From Takakia lepidozioides (taxonomy: Eukaryota; Plantae; Bryophyta), in contig CM060731.1 of the NCBI GenBank assembly GCA_030704615.1, positions 14,322,001 to 14,386,000 on the forward strand: DNA of 64,000 nt, in the 5' to 3' direction. A model generated the notes under the pieces. It was not told the origin of the DNA and did no database searches. It saw nothing but the letters and a program-made list of their open reading frames with translations. The translations under genes were made by a program, and so were the position numbers. Shown in pieces: positions 49,574-63,769 of the stretch (positions are counted from its first letter, which is position 1; each line of letters starts with the position of its first letter).

Positions 49574-52500
49574 ATGGCGTCTTCAAGGCGCCCACGTGTG
49601 AGGTTTTTAGGGCTGAGGTGCATGTGGCAAGGTCCGGTGATGGCCATACGTGACAAGCCATCTGCTCATTCGAGCTCCCTCATCTCTTGTTCTGCTGATT
49701 GTGCATATGCTTGGAATGTTTGACGTCGGCTTGACGATGTGCTTTGACACTAGGTCGTTTGTATTCCGTTTAGGTCCGATCTGTCCAACTGTTCTGGTTT
49801 GAGGAGCAGTTTTTTTGTCTTTAGTTACTGGCTTCAACGTCTCTCCAATGATTGAGCGTGTTTGAAGTTTACGTGCTTGCTTTTCAACGTATCGGATTTT
49901 GAAATAGCTTCCTCAGTAATTTCTGAGGAAGATGGTCGATCGTCTAGGCAATGCACCTGCACTGACATCGTGTCAAACATGTCAGATCTTGAAATAGCCT
50001 TCCTCAGTAATCTCTTGTCGATCGTCTGGGAGCTCATTCCAGTCGTATGTAAGAAAAACCGTCACATTTGGATTTAGAGAGGCGTTTCTCGTGGCAAATT
50101 GATTGACCTGTGAAAGTGTGAAGTCTATACACTTGCTCTTAGTGCGAAAGACAGTTGAAAAACTATGCAGCATTTCGAGTCGAAGCCATTTCGCTGATGT
50201 GAGTGGCATTGTGGAAGCATGATATTTTAGTTACTGGTTCTGATCACTGACAACTTCGTCAACGAATTGGTGCAACAGGTCGCCCATGCTTTACCACAAG
50301 CTTGGACCTGCATAGCCATCATTTTCTGTCAAGGATTGCAAGGTGAGTCTTTGACATCCTTTTGGTGATTGCTGAATGTGGATCTGATCTGAGCCAACAG
50401 ACTCAAACGGAGACTGATGTTTCCATCTTGACACTTGTTTTTGGCAAAAAAATTACTAGTAGAGGATATCTGGTTGATTGGCTTCCATGAAAGTTTTTGA
50501 AGCCTTAAGAGTCATTTGACCTTGATAGGAATGCATAATGAACGGATTGAAATCAAGGTTCAATCAAGTATCAAGGGCTCTTTTGACAGTTGGCACAGTA
50601 TGCACGAGTATTTGCACAGATCTCTATGACTCCGTTATAATAGAACACAGGCTTGTCCGAATTGCCACACACACCAGGAACACCAAGCTGAAGAGGTGGT
50701 AGTGATGTATATTTGCTTGGGTAGCAGTCCAAATGCCCATTGACCCTTGTTGGTTTTGTCCTAAAGTGTAGAGTTAGGGGCAAAACTACACATTGAGATG
50801 TTAGTTAGCTACAGACATTGGTTATAACTCAATAATTTTTCTCCAACAGGATTGCCCGCTCTACCATTGGGAGCCAGGTGTCTGTGGATGAAATAGCTTC
50901 TTCAAGGCTCACGAAGTCGCATAACATTTTCTTTGTTATTGCTAGCATCACTGTTGGATTGCTGGCTCTAGCAACACTTTTGCTTGGAGCATCTCTCTGG
51001 GGATATAGTGAGTTTTCTTTTCTTCCACATGGTTCTCTCTATCAATCAACATTAGCCATGGTATGCACATAATTTATCACCTTCTGTCCTTCTATTTCGT
51101 CCACACCCTTATGCAATCTCTTCCATAGAGATAGCCATTTGTTGAAGGTTGCTTGCTAACCGCATGTACCAAACTTCTTTGTGCCATTTGAGTTCTAGGG
51201 ATCACATAAGATTGACTGTTATTAAATCATGGTCTAATTGCTTTGAGCCCTGAATTCTAGAGTCCTTCATAATGCTCTTATTGTACACAGTGGGGACTTT
51301 GTTGTAGGATACTCATTTGGGATATCTCTTAGAGCCATACTGTCCTGTGTTCCTTTGATGCCAATGGTTTGACAGAGCTGTGGTGTATGTAGCAGTCTTT
51401 GGGGTTAAGTGTGTGTTCAAGGTGCTATGTGATCATGCTATGGATGCTCTTGAATGGCTGGTGGTCCTGCTATAATTGTGCTCCATTCCATCTCCAATAC
51501 GATATAACTGGTTGTCTTGATGTTTTGATGAAAGTGCTTCTGCGATTGAATTTCAAAATAGGCTTGCTGTGGGTGTGATATGTAGTCACTGGCAAATCCA
51601 AAAAGGACCGAGAAGCTCCTCATCCATGTCAGTGTCTCCACTCGCTCCCAAGTGGAGGGTATGTTTCATACCTTCCTTTCTAAGAGTCTAATTCTCATTT
51701 CGTGTGGTGCTGATTTATGCATTAATGTTGCCAGACTATGTCTCTTACTTTTCTTCCACATGCTGCAGGTTTTCTGTTCCAAACAAAGCGGGGAATGGTT
51801 TGAATAAATGTCGTCCATGCATCATTTCAAGTGATGTTTCCAAATAAGACAAATTCAATACTGGGGTCCTGCATGTCATACTAACACAAATGTCAGCATA
51901 GCTTAGTGGGCCTCGCTTCAACTATGAGCTCGATTGGATTTAAAAGCTATCTGAAATTGTGTATGTGAGATGGTTCCTCTTTTTGTTATATTGGCATTCA
52001 TACTTTGAACAATGATCACAGCATGCTATGATTTTTCTCCCCTGTTGACAGGTCTCGTGTTGGCGATGCTCATGCAAGTATGGCATACCAGGATTTGAGG
52101 TTGAGCGTGACACCAGCTGGAACAACAGTGTTTACGCAACCTAAACCTCACTTGTTCAGGAACTCTGAAACAGACTATCATACCTTCAATCATACCTTCA
52201 ATCATCAACAGCGACCACGCTATCAAGAGGTTTGCAGTCCTCTTTGCTCAGTGCCTTTGGGAGGTGGTCTCTTCATGGTGCACAGCTCAATGAAATTTAT
52301 TGCTTTCTAATGCAGGTGTTGGTATCTGCACTCGGCACTTTGCAATGATTTTGTGTTATTTGGTCTGAGATGTGAAGTCTCTTTCAGAGCAGTTTGTGAT
52401 TGTGTAGGTACTTGCTGAATCCCGAAAGTATGTGTCGACACCTACAACCCCTTTAAACCCTGCTGCCATCAGTAGGAAGAGCTTTCCCCCAGCCGATGGA

Positions 52501-52995
52501 GTTGCAAGCCCTCCATTTCACTTCACTTCACATGGTTCGCACCAGCTTGCTGCCGATCTACACTTCTTGGAGTTTCAGTTACCCCTGCATATGCAACGAC
52601 AGGTGGAAAGTCATGCACCAGAAAGCTTCAAACCTGGGAGATGGCATGCCTGGAAAAGCCGCCTTTTTGGGCGGCGGTCTAAGAACAACACTTTGGGGTC
52701 TTACAGCGAAAGTCCAACTCCTTTACACCCGGCATTGCAACCACGGGTGTATAAGCCCAACACAGCAGGTCCAACATCTTCAAACCATGTCTTGAAGAAG
52801 GGGACATGTGCACCTATCTACACGGATGGTTACTCACTTGCACCAGCTCAGTACCGGGCAAATCGACCGGTCTCTGGTCCAATCAGCGGGTCAAAGGTGA
52901 CAATGCCCCACCGAAGTGACATAAATACATCACCCTATGTGCCTTTGCATCGCACAAAGCGTGCGATGCCTTCTGGGCCTCTGTATCTTCCATAA
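49574..52995 (+). CDS. Putative spliced gene for an unknown single-pass membrane protein with a Pro/Ser-rich tail
   Basis: AG/GT-bounded segments at ~50279-50342, 50850-51007 (hydrophobic IFFVIASITVGLLALATLLLGASLWGY), 52052-52229 and 52408-52995. Start codon and frame linkage are uncertain. Confidence 0.45.
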
Positions 52996-53653
52996 GTCAA
53001 TTATCTTAGGTGGGGATTACTAGCCAGGGGATTACATTGGGTCAGTTCTAGAAGCATTCATTTGCACTCAAGAGTGTACTTAGGTAACAATTCGACTTCC
53101 CCGACGCAGGGGCAACATATCTGACTAGGTAGCTGCAAATTTGTGGCTGTTTGAGATGTAGAATAGTTGTAAAGGTGTGCCCCTTTCAGAGACCAGAGTA
53201 TGAAGCCTCGAGGTTGAGAGAGATCATTTGCCCATTTGATGCATGGAGATAGGCATGCTGTCAAGGATGGGATATAAATTGGAGATGAAGTTTAGTGGGC
53301 TTGTTGCTTGGTTGCATCACTCTCAGGTGGATGTTCTCTGCGCACTCTGGTCCCTCAAAATCCTTGCCAAGCACTATGTGTGATGTGATCATCTTGTCTT
53401 CAAGTTTTCATGCAATGTAGCCAGAGGTCTCTGTGGTCCCCATAGTCCCCTGCACAAACATATTATAAGAAAAGTCTGCTGTCCTCTGAACTCTTTACGT
53501 ATAATAAGAGTCAAGGTGGACTCAGACACTGTCAGACAAGGTGGACGTTAATAATGATGTTACCTCTCGGAACCCGTACTTGGGATTCCCCTGACAAACT
53601 CACGGTCACGCAATGTATTCATGTAGTATTAAGGTTGCTCGGGAGTTCTGGCG

Positions 53654-55117
53654 ATGATGGACGAGGAGCCCAAGGAGGGCACCCCATCAGCCGAGAAAGC
53701 TGTCTCCATCTCCAGGCCTGGATCTCCGAAGCTGGACGAGCAGTCCACATCCCTCCTGCCGCACTCCCCTGATGTGGAGCAGCGATGTTGCAATGGGTCG
53801 TGGAGATTTTGGTTTGGGCTGGGTTGCAGCTCGGTTGCTGCAATTGGCCTGGTGTTGGCCCTTGTCGCTTACGCAGTGGTTAATAAACAAGGCTCCGTGA
53901 AGGGAGGCTGGGGTGTAGCGCGTCCTCTGACAGTTCTTGACAAGCCCCTTGTTATCCTGATCTCCTCGGATGGATTTAGATGGGGTTACAATTGGAAAGC
54001 TCCTACTCCAAATATCAATCGCTTGCGGTTGAATGGGACAGAGGCAGAAGCAGGTATGATCCCTGTCTTTCCGACGAAAACTTTTCCGAATCATTACTCC
54101 ATCGCAACCGGTCTCTACCCTGCCTGGCATGGCATCATAGGAAACACCTTCCGTGATCCTGCCAGCACTGATAAGTTCTTTGTTGGAAATAGGGATCCAA
54201 AATGGTGGCTTGGGGAGCCAATCTGGGAAACTGTGGTCAGGTCTGGATTACAAGCAGCCACTGTTTTCTGGCCTGGCTCTGATGTTGTGAGAGGATTGTG
54301 GAAATGCGAAACTCTTTACTGTAGGAATTACAATGGAAGTGTGCCTTATGAGGAGCGTGTGGATAGTGTGTTGAGCTACATTGATATGTCTCCTGTTGAT
54401 CGCCCGAGCCTTATCACCCTTTATTTTGAGGCGCCCGATCAACCAGGCCATGACACTGGGCCCGATGCCCCGCAGATTACAGATGCGGTGGTGCGAATTG
54501 ATGCCATGATCGGCCGACTACTGGATGGTCTCGATAGGCGCGGTGTGCTTGAGGATGTCACGGTGATTTTGGTTGGGGATCATGGAATGGTAGGAAATTG
54601 TGAGAAAAAGATGATATACTTGGAGGATCTGGCGCCATGGAGTCAGATCCCAGCAGAATGGGTGGATACTTACAGCCCCGTGCTGGCTATCAGGCCACCC
54701 CCCAATGTCAATGCAGCGGACGTGGTCTTCAATATGACGCAGGGGCTTGCATCTGGCAAAGTGCACAACGCTGAGTTCCTGCAGGTCTATTTGAAGGGGA
54801 ATCTGCCGTCCCGGCTTCATTACTCAGAAAGCTCAAGAATACAGCCCATTATTGGTATGATTGCGGAGGCCTATACGGTTGCCTCGAAAAGGTCCGAGAC
54901 CCCGGAGTGTGGGGGATCTCATGGCTATGACAATGCTTTCCTGTCCATGCGAACCATCTTTATTGGTACAGGTCCTCAATTTGCAAGAGGTCGCAAGGTC
55001 CCTTCATTTGAACTTATCGAGCTTTATCATGTGATGGCCTCAATTCTTGGCTTGGATGCTGCACCCAATAATGGAACGATATCCTTTGCTGAGTCTCTTA
55101 TTCTCCCCCGCCATTAG
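53654..55117 (+). CDS. Nucleotide pyrophosphatase/phosphodiesterase (ENPP/NPP family), membrane-anchored, intronless
   Basis: 487-aa ORF with an N-terminal TM segment, ISSDGFR, PTKTFPNHYSIATGLYP (catalytic Thr), GDHGM and HGYDN. Confidence 0.96.
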   Translation: MMDEEPKEGTPSAEKAVSISRPGSPKLDEQSTSLLPHSPDVEQRCCNGSWRFWFGLGCSSVAAIGLVLALVAYAVVNKQGSVKGGWGVARPLTVLDKPLVILISSDGFRWGYNWKAPTPNINRLRLNGTEAEAGMIPVFPTKTFPNHYSIATGLYPAWHGIIGNTFRDPASTDKFFVGNRDPKWWLGEPIWETVVRSGLQAATVFWPGSDVVRGLWKCETLYCRNYNGSVPYEERVDSVLSYIDMSPVDRPSLITLYFEAPDQPGHDTGPDAPQITDAVVRIDAMIGRLLDGLDRRGVLEDVTVILVGDHGMVGNCEKKMIYLEDLAPWSQIPAEWVDTYSPVLAIRPPPNVNAADVVFNMTQGLASGKVHNAEFLQVYLKGNLPSRLHYSESSRIQPIIGMIAEAYTVASKRSETPECGGSHGYDNAFLSMRTIFIGTGPQFARGRKVPSFELIELYHVMASILGLDAAPNNGTISFAESLILPRH

Positions 55118-57998
55118 AGACATATTACCCCATTATTTGATGTCATCAAAATGATGGTGCCTGTATCATACATTGTTGTAACAAGTTGGAGTGTGAAAGT
55201 CTTCAGCTACACAAAGAAAAAGATACACCTCCATAAGCCTTTTGTGGAGACTTAACTCTGCAGGTGAGCCAATCGTGTGAGTGGTATTCCCAGCAGTGAT
55301 GCAGATTGGAGAGGAATGAACCTACTAGGTGTATGAACGTAGTCATGCATCTGATCTAGCTCCATGTTTTCCTCTTAATTATGGAGCAAGATGTGCCGCC
55401 TGTCAAATTCCAGGATTCAGCAGCAGGGTCATTGAGTGGGTTTAGATTACTCTGTACAGTGGCAAGAAGCTACTTATGCCTTCTTTGCGAGAAGGTGAGC
55501 TACTGGAAATGTCTACTGCCAGACGGCGCCAAAGCAAGAAGTCATCGCCTGGATTATCATGGCCAACCTGTCTCAGCTTAGTTGGACAGCAAGTCTTCTC
55601 TCCAAATTTTCTTCTCCTTCTGTATCTCTGTAACCATTCTTTAATTGAGAGAGCTCGACAAGTAATGAAGGAGACGGAGCCGGCCTGCTGTGCTGAAGTT
55701 ACTGGATCAGGCACTTTTTGCGTCTGATCTTGAAATGAAGGGGAACCTGACTACAATGAGTAAGCTACTAGTCCATCTCTTATTTTGGGAGTGAAGTAAT
55801 AGCTTTTACTCATGATATGAGGAGCTTTGTTTCTCTAGAAGAAGGTTCTATGGCAGCTGGAGTCAACATCACCATTTACATTCAAGTCACAGTCCCATGG
55901 ACATTTAAAGTAGTCAGAGTAAACTCTAGAGTCAGAGGTGCGCTGGTGACTATGCAAAGCTTATCGTTCGAGAGGCCTTGAAAATGTGCTTCATTGTGAG
56001 GAACCTCCTTCTTTAATTGCACTGATAGTCACATAAACAATTGTACTCGGTGCAATCCTTGTGCATCCTGTACCACCCCGGAGTCCCAGTGCTGGGCCGC
56101 GAAAATAGCTTGATGGCTGGGCAGCGACATGTTAGAGCCTGTGTGGGAAGAAATGCTGTGAGCTTGGTAGTTACAAGGGTGAGGGTTGTCAATGCCTTTG
56201 TGGTGAGTCCAAGCATGTTCCAGTGGCAAGGTAAATCCATCACTGACAGTGTGCAGGTTTTGGTAAGTTTAAATCATATACTGGATGTTCTTTTATCCAC
56301 TATGTGAACTCTGTTTCAGAGCTCTTTAGTGATTCTGTAGGTCTGTGCTGGGAGTTCAGAGTAGGTGGCACATGCAACCACCTAAATGGAGCCTGGTTCT
56401 CTTCCTGGGTACTGCCAAGGTATGCAGAATACACGGCTATTAACACTTCTGGTACATTGAGATTGACGTCCGTAGCAGCGGATAAGATCACTGACTGACA
56501 AAGGGAATAGAACCAGAGTCACTAAATAACTGCTGACCTGGAATTCCCGACGAGAGTATCCTTGCTTCGTGAAATATGGAGCAAGGTGAATATCTCTCCA
56601 GATCACTCCTACCACTAGAGAAGACTGTGATTGTGTTGTAGTCAATGGTTTCAATGTAGGGCTGTGCAGGGATCAAATTAGGTACACTTCTGTCACAGAA
56701 AATAGTCTTAACCCAGAGATTGATTTTGGGCTTTATTCCAAGAGCTGAGAAAGATATACTCTCCTACCCTCACACAAACATTGCTTCTTCCTCTCACTTG
56801 AGCTGGCAGCCCAGTGGTTGGGTATTTGTGCCCCTTGCCTGTGCATAACCAGTGTCCAATCCATCAAACATCCATGGGCCCTCGAAGGCCTGTGCATTGT
56901 GCAGTAGGCTCTGTAAATTACACACTTCAACTTCACCTTTCGCACAAGCTCCCCTGTAGGCTGATTGTAAACAAAGTTATAAAGCCTCACCTGAAAACAT
57001 TCCCATTGAGCTTTGTATTGGGGAGCCAAAAAAACTTACACAGTTTTATCTGGAGATCTAGCACTAAATCACTCTTGTACATGATTGAAAGAGACTTCTG
57101 AATGTACCCACATAATTCCCACCTTTCTAATCAACAATGAACAGAAGGCCATGATGAGTGTCCATCATTCTATCAACAATGGCACACAGGAAAACGCACT
57201 TCTTCTCCCACTTGACAAGACTTGCTACCCCAGTCCACAGATGATTGCAGTACCACGGCCCATGATCTACAAATCGGCAACACCCGTGGGCCTATGATCG
57301 TGGCTTAGCATCTTGATAGAGTCGACAGTTGGGGCCTGGGCCTTGGCTGGGCGGTCATGTATCATTCAGGATTCTGAACAGTGCAGTTGTACTCTATTTA
57401 CACATGTCAAACAACTCTAGGCACTACGGGGTTGTTGTAGATGCGTGAAGTACGAAGACGATGATGAGATCCATCATCCAAGGGGCAATAGAGCAGATGA
57501 TCAAACCTGCCGGGAAGATAGGAGCTTAAGACCGGCGATGGCAGGTGGGTCCTGGAGAAAACCGTGAGCTTGGGCCTCGAGGAGGCCGATGACGAGACCC
57601 GAAATGGAGCGGTGATTCTTGAGGAGGTGGATTCTTACTCTGTCTTTGTATCTGAAGACAAACGAGTCCTTTTGTAGTTGATTAGAATCAGAATGATGCC
57701 GCTGGAAGAGGAATTTGGTGACTGGATCTCGGAACTTAGACTCAAAGATGTCATAACTCAGGCCTGCTGCCTCTTGATACTTCAGGACGGTGTATTTTCT
57801 CTTCAGTGCTTCCTCTGGGTGTCTACAGATATAGGACGAAGTGTATGCTTTGATGTGACTCTCAGAAGCAGGGATGCGATCTTTCGAATCTACACTCGAG
57901 AAGTTCAGATTTTGGGCCTAGTGTTTCCGCAGTCCTGGTATTCGGATGTAATGTCCCGTGAAGGTTTTGAGGATTGCTGAGCAGAAAATTCTGGGAGG

Positions 57999-60900
57999 AT
58001 GGCTAAGCGCGCTTCCTGGCCTCGCGGCGTTTTGGCGCTGGTTCTCGTGAATGTCATGTCGGGGGGATTATTGACGGAAGTGGCAGCCATGCCCAAGGAG
58101 TATAGGGCCTCTCTCCGTGAGGACGTGCGGCAAATGTGAGTGTTTCTCAGCTCTATGATACTCTCTCTTAAATATAATGTATTTGATTCGTTTGGGTGAT
58201 TCTTTGGAGCAATTCTCATCTCTACATGATAGTTTCTTGGCATCTTGGTGCTTGAGGTTTTTGTTAGATGCCTCTGAAAATTGAGCAACATACTCTGTGA
58301 GAATTGAACCATTGGTCAAGTACTCAACTTTGAAGATGATTGGTGGTGGGAGAAAGCGCCCCTGACATTGAGAGGGGAGTGTTGGTTTCAGGTTCTATCA
58401 TGCCTACAATAACTACATGCGCTTTGCATTTCCGGTAAAGACTATCCCTTGTAGCCCCACACATTGTAATCACTGGAAGTGTTTTTGACATCTGCATTTT
58501 GGATTCAAGGAAGGCTCCTGTGATCACTCATAATTGGCTAAGCTGGAACACTTACCCCTAGTTGCAGCAAAGCAATTTGGGGTTGGGTTTCAGGTACTGC
58601 AGGTAAGATGAGCAGTATCCGTCACTGTTGCAAAGTTAGTAACTCCCCTCTTCAACTAAACAATGCTTGTTTGGCTGGGCAGCATGATGAGCTAAAACCA
58701 CTCTCACACACGTTTACGGACTCCCTTGGCGAACTTGGCAATCTTCAGGCATGCAAGCCTTCTCTCATTCCTGGCTGTTGGATATCTGTGTAATAGAGAG
58801 CTATGTGATTAGTGAAGAAGAAGCAGCTTCTGTGAGGATGCCAATGGGTCTGTTAAAGCTGGATGGTGCTGATGGCCTCGAATGCAAAATGTTGCTTACA
58901 GTTAAACTCTCGTTGTGCAGTTGAAGCATCTCTCAAACACGTACAATGGGACAGCTCTCACTCTTATTGATTCACTGTCGAGGTACAATGTCACTTCATC
59001 GTAGTTGGTCATGCATTGTACTATAAGCAAGCAGTTGTTACCGGTTCTACTTGGGTCAATACTGTGCCTATCTGGTAGCAGCATCACACCATTTGGATTC
59101 TAGCGAGGAGGGTTGATAGCAAACTTCTTTTAATTAGCACTGTACAGCACAGATTCAGAATCTCAGTGGAAACAATGTATATTCGCTACCCAAGTGCTTT
59201 TAAGTCTAAATCGACTTTAGAGAAATCTTAAACCCTAAAACTGAATGCCGATCATGCTATCGGAGATTTTATGTAAGAAAGTTGTTTCACAGTTTCTGAT
59301 AGAAATTTTGCTCCCTTCTTGTGCAGTCTTGCTGTCCTGGGCAACGACACAGAGTTTGAGAGTGCTGTGCTATGGCTGGGGGAAAACCTCACATTTGACA
59401 TTGATGTCCGTGTCAATGTATTTGAGGTGCTACCATCCTCTCCATTCATAAAGCATCATTGTTCAAAGTAAATAATGGAAAACTTCCTGTAAAATCATCA
59501 AAAGTGTTTTACTGTATTCATTGTACCAGTTTGAATGCAATGATGAAGAATTTGGTATAAAAATTTGGTACAATCAAGTTTTATACCGAGTGCTAGTGAG
59601 CTTTCTGCAGGCTTTGCACAAAGCCCTGACGGCCCAATTGGTAGAGCCATTGGGAGCTTCAGTCTATATGTAACACTGAAACTGGTAGTTCAATGATCAA
59701 GTTAGAGCTATGTTAGCTGTGATGAATTTCTTGTATGCTAAAATTATTCTCTATTCTTTGCTTGATTCGTTTCTTTTCTCTCTCCCTCCAAATATGTGTA
59801 CATGTATGAAGTTTGAAGAGTATATGCGTTTGTATGGGGAGGTGTTAATTACTCTACAGGGTAGTTGATACATGCAGTGCAATATAAGGTTGCTGGGTGG
59901 CCTCATCTCAGCACATTTGCTGGCCTCTGATCCAAGCCACTCTTTAATGCCGGGGGGATATGATGGCGGGTTGCTTCTGCTAGCAAATGACCTGGGTCAA
60001 CGTCTTCTGCCAGCTTTTGAGACACCGACAGGCATCCCATATGCTTGGGTAAACCTGAAGGTCTGGTATTCTTCTCTAGTGTGATCTGCTGTCCATCTGT
60101 GAGATCTTGCCATTGTCTGCTTCTGCTTCACCATCTGACATAAGTGCCTGCAAGTGTAAGTTGTACTTCTGCACTTTCTGGAGTGAAACAACAATAGACT
60201 TAGACTGGTAGCTTGTCTTTCCTCTGCAACATAATTTTGAGTAGCCCAAGATAGATGACTTTCCAGGGATGTATCTCCTCGAGTGCTGTAGGATAATAGA
60301 TGGTAAACATCTGCATATGAACCACAGACGACTCCTTCAATCGATCATCATCATTTATCATCCTTGAAGAGTTTTATATGAAGTGCTAGTTCCCAGGGAC
60401 GTTGCTTCAACATCTTGATTCTCCTGTCATTACCTCCACAATTACCATCTCAATGAGCTGTGATCCTTACAACTTCATTTGATTCATGAGGTAGTGCTAC
60501 AAGTCTCCTGTTCAGCCGAGCCTCCCTGTACTGTTGCACAATGCATCATGTCTAAACCTAGGTCTTGATTTGTTGCAGATGAGAGTGTTGCTTAATGGCA
60601 TGGCTGTGCCAGGTTGCACATTGGTTTAGAACTCTCAGAAGTGGTTTGCCTCTCCCACTGTCAGGATGAGGGTGAGCCCTTCCACTTTTAGCAAACCAAC
60701 GTTGAGTCACCTATCTCCTCTATTTGTATTATGCTACTGCAGATCCCACTACAACTAAACTTGGCTCTCACTATTTCAGGATGCTATACCTGTTTCAGCA
60801 GCATCAGTACTAGGTAACAGATGTACAAGTGAAGCTGGTTTATTTTAGAGCATAAAAGTAGCGTGCTGAATTTCATGCATTAGAATTGAACTTGCATCAA

Positions 60901-63769
60901 TATCCTTCACATGTTCTAGCTGATTAGTAAAACTCCTGATGCACAATGTGAGTCTGGTTTTCGGATAATTCCTTCTTGTGCCTGCTGAGGTGGTTTGCCC
61001 ACGTTGGTCACTCCAAAAACTATGGATTGCAGATAGTCACATGGTGTTTATCTTGGTGCCTTGCATCTATTGTGTTTTTGCAGTTTGGAGTGAGACCCAA
61101 TGAGACAACAGAAACAAGCACATCAAGCTGTGGTATGCTTGCCTGTTTCTTGACCAAGTTTTGGAGAGAGTTTTGACTTTATAACTTCCACAGGGGGCCC
61201 CGATGAGAGATAGACAATCTACTCTTGATTGTGGAAACTAGTGATTATACACCTCCCTCTCAGATTGGGCAGAACTGAAAAGAGGAAGAGAAGGGAATGG
61301 GATGGAAGAGAGGATCAGTTCCAGGAAAGTGATGAGTGTCGGGGTTGTTTTTCCAGGATACTGAGGTCAGGTGCAGGTCTATGTCTTAGTAGCAACTATG
61401 GGTCAAATTTCAGCCATGAGAGTGCAAAGTAATTTATCCCACTTACTTTCTGATTGGTCTCGTAAGTTCTTGTTGCTAGTGGGACTGCAGTTGTCAAAGA
61501 CATGTTTTTGCATCGCATGATTTGCGCCTCAGGACCCTATTACTGGCATGCATGATTTGTCAGTACGCCTGGACCTTTGGTTTGTCCTGGATATGAATAG
61601 ATGTATGGACAACTTTACCAGTAAGATTTGCAGATGAGTAGTATGGCTTCTGCTGGCATGCTGAACTCTAGTTGAAGAGGAACTGGGTGGCTATTTGGCA
61701 GGTTCTCTGATACTAGAGATGGGTGCACTATCACGTCTGACTAACAACCCACGTTATGAAGCTGCTGCCTTGGGCGCACTTAGGAAGCTATGGAGCATGC
61801 GAAGCCCTCTTAATCTATTGGGCACCACGCTGAGTGTGATGACTGGTCAGTGGATTGAGCACTCTGCAGGCATAGGTGCTGGTATGTACCCTTTTATCTT
61901 CAGGATTAGGAAGTCTTAATTCTGCATATTAGTTATGCAGACTCAAGGAATGTGAAGGATTGGGAAACCAACTCTCTGACATAGGCAGAGAGAATGTACT
62001 TATAAGACTTTGTTTGCCGCAGCCTTGTCACCATAGACCCTGACGTAGGCAGAGAGAGCCTGAGTGAAAGGATGAATGGATCATTGATTGGAAGTGTAGA
62101 CTAGATTGCGTTTCCTAATATGTAGCTATGCAAGAATTGATACCAATACCAAAAGTGCATGAATTTTCAGGTGTTGATTCCTTCTATGAGTACCTAATGA
62201 AGGCCGACATCTTGTTTGGAGGTGATGAATATTGGCACATGTTCCATGGGGCGTATTTGGCAGTACAGCAATTCTACCGGAATGGCCCCTGGTAACTTCC
62301 ACCTATGTTCATAGGCATGAGTCGCTCTTGATCTTCATATTGCAGTGAATAACCCCTTTCAAGATATCCAGGCATTATAAGCAGTCTTGTTGCCCTTGCG
62401 GGCAGGTATCATGATGCAGATATGAGGACCGGGAGAGCTACCTACTTGCAGTTCACGAGTTTGCAGGCTTTCTGGCCGGCTCTGCAAGTGAGTGCAGTTA
62501 TGTACTACATATACATGATATACTAGGGTGTATCCTCCTGCCTGAGATTCCATGGATGTCCTTTGTGGTGCATCTGAAAAATTCTTCTCATCACAGTTGG
62601 CAATTGCTCTTTCTTCCCACCATTTATCCACACAAGCTCGTTTCAGTCTTCACTCCAATCAGAGTTTCTACATAAGAGCTACAATACTGTGGAAAGACCC
62701 CTGAGGACAAATATGTTCTCTTAGGTATTTAGGTTAAATTGGACTACTATGGAGGTTGAAAACAGCAACTATGCTTCAGAAGTCATAACACTACGTTCAG
62801 GTGCTTGTTGGTGATGTGGCAGCAGCTGTAGCAACGCATCACGAGTTTTTTAGTGTTTGGGAAAAGTTTGGCATTGTTCCCGAGAGGTATGGCTCCTAAC
62901 CTTTTTCACTGATGTGACTGACTTCAACCTCACCTAATGTTCTACTGGTCTACAGACAAATTCGAGATTTTTGTCAGTAGCTGCATGATCATTAATGGCC
63001 ACAGTCCGCATGGAAACCCTCTCCTGGACTGCACTAAAGATGTTTTCTGGAAAAGTTCACTACTCCAAAGATAGCACCAAATTCATTAGATCAGAGTCTC
63101 AGCACTTCATAGTTGAAGCAGATACACAAATGGCATATGCTAATGCCACAGGTCCAAGAACATTGTCTTTTCCTTTGCTACCCCAAGTTGCTCTGATGTT
63201 GATGGTAATGGGTGGCTGCAGATATCTGTTTGATAGAGGCATAGTGCACCCAACAGAGAAGTACTACCCTCTGCGGCCTGAGCTGGCAGAATCGACCTTC
63301 TTTCTCTATCAAGCCACCAAAGGTATAAATGTACACTGATTTTCTATTCCTTTTGCTGAGACAGTTTCAAGATGTTAATTTTTTATTCAGGTTGAGACCC
63401 CCGAATATTGGAAAATGGTGGAGTTGTGGTCTGTCTGAACAGATTATGATTGATTGCAGCCGTGAACGTATTTTTGTTATCTTCTCTGCTACCTGCTCAA
63501 TGTAGACTGAGGTGACTTCCTGCTGTTCTGTTCTTGGAAATCATTGTAAGACCATTCATTGAAATGCTGAGGTACAGAGTGTGTAGAGTAATGTGGACTT
63601 GTGAATGGGTGTGACAGATCCGTGGTATCTGGAGGTGGGGGAACGCATTTTGAAGTCATTGAACGTGTTTACACGAGTTGACGGAGGTTTTGCCAGTGTT
63701 AGGGATGTAGTGACTATGGAGCTGGAAGACCACCAACACAGCTTCTTCCTTGCTGAAACGTACTTTCTG
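57999..63769 (+). CDS. MNS5: EDEM-type GH47 alpha-mannosidase (MNS5-like), continues beyond the window
   Basis: Exons FYHAYNNYM, HDELKPLS..FTDSLGELGNL, VNVFE|CNIRLLGGLISAH, TPTGIPYAWVNL, GSLILEMGALSRLT, GVDSFYEYL, SLQAFWP, YPLRPELAEST and EDHQHSFFLAET. Confidence 0.93.
61976..62057 (-). mobile_element. Very short 5'-truncated retroposon-like insertion with an 18-bp direct repeat
   Basis: CTGAC(A/G)TAGGCAGAGAGA at 61976-61993 and 62040-62057 flanks ~46 bp that recur, diverged, at ~63815-63865. Confidence 0.55.

Noticed and set aside
55200-57900. Possible gene or lncRNA between NPP and MNS5
   Set aside because: Only short ORFs with no recognisable domain or consistent exon chain; left unannotated.
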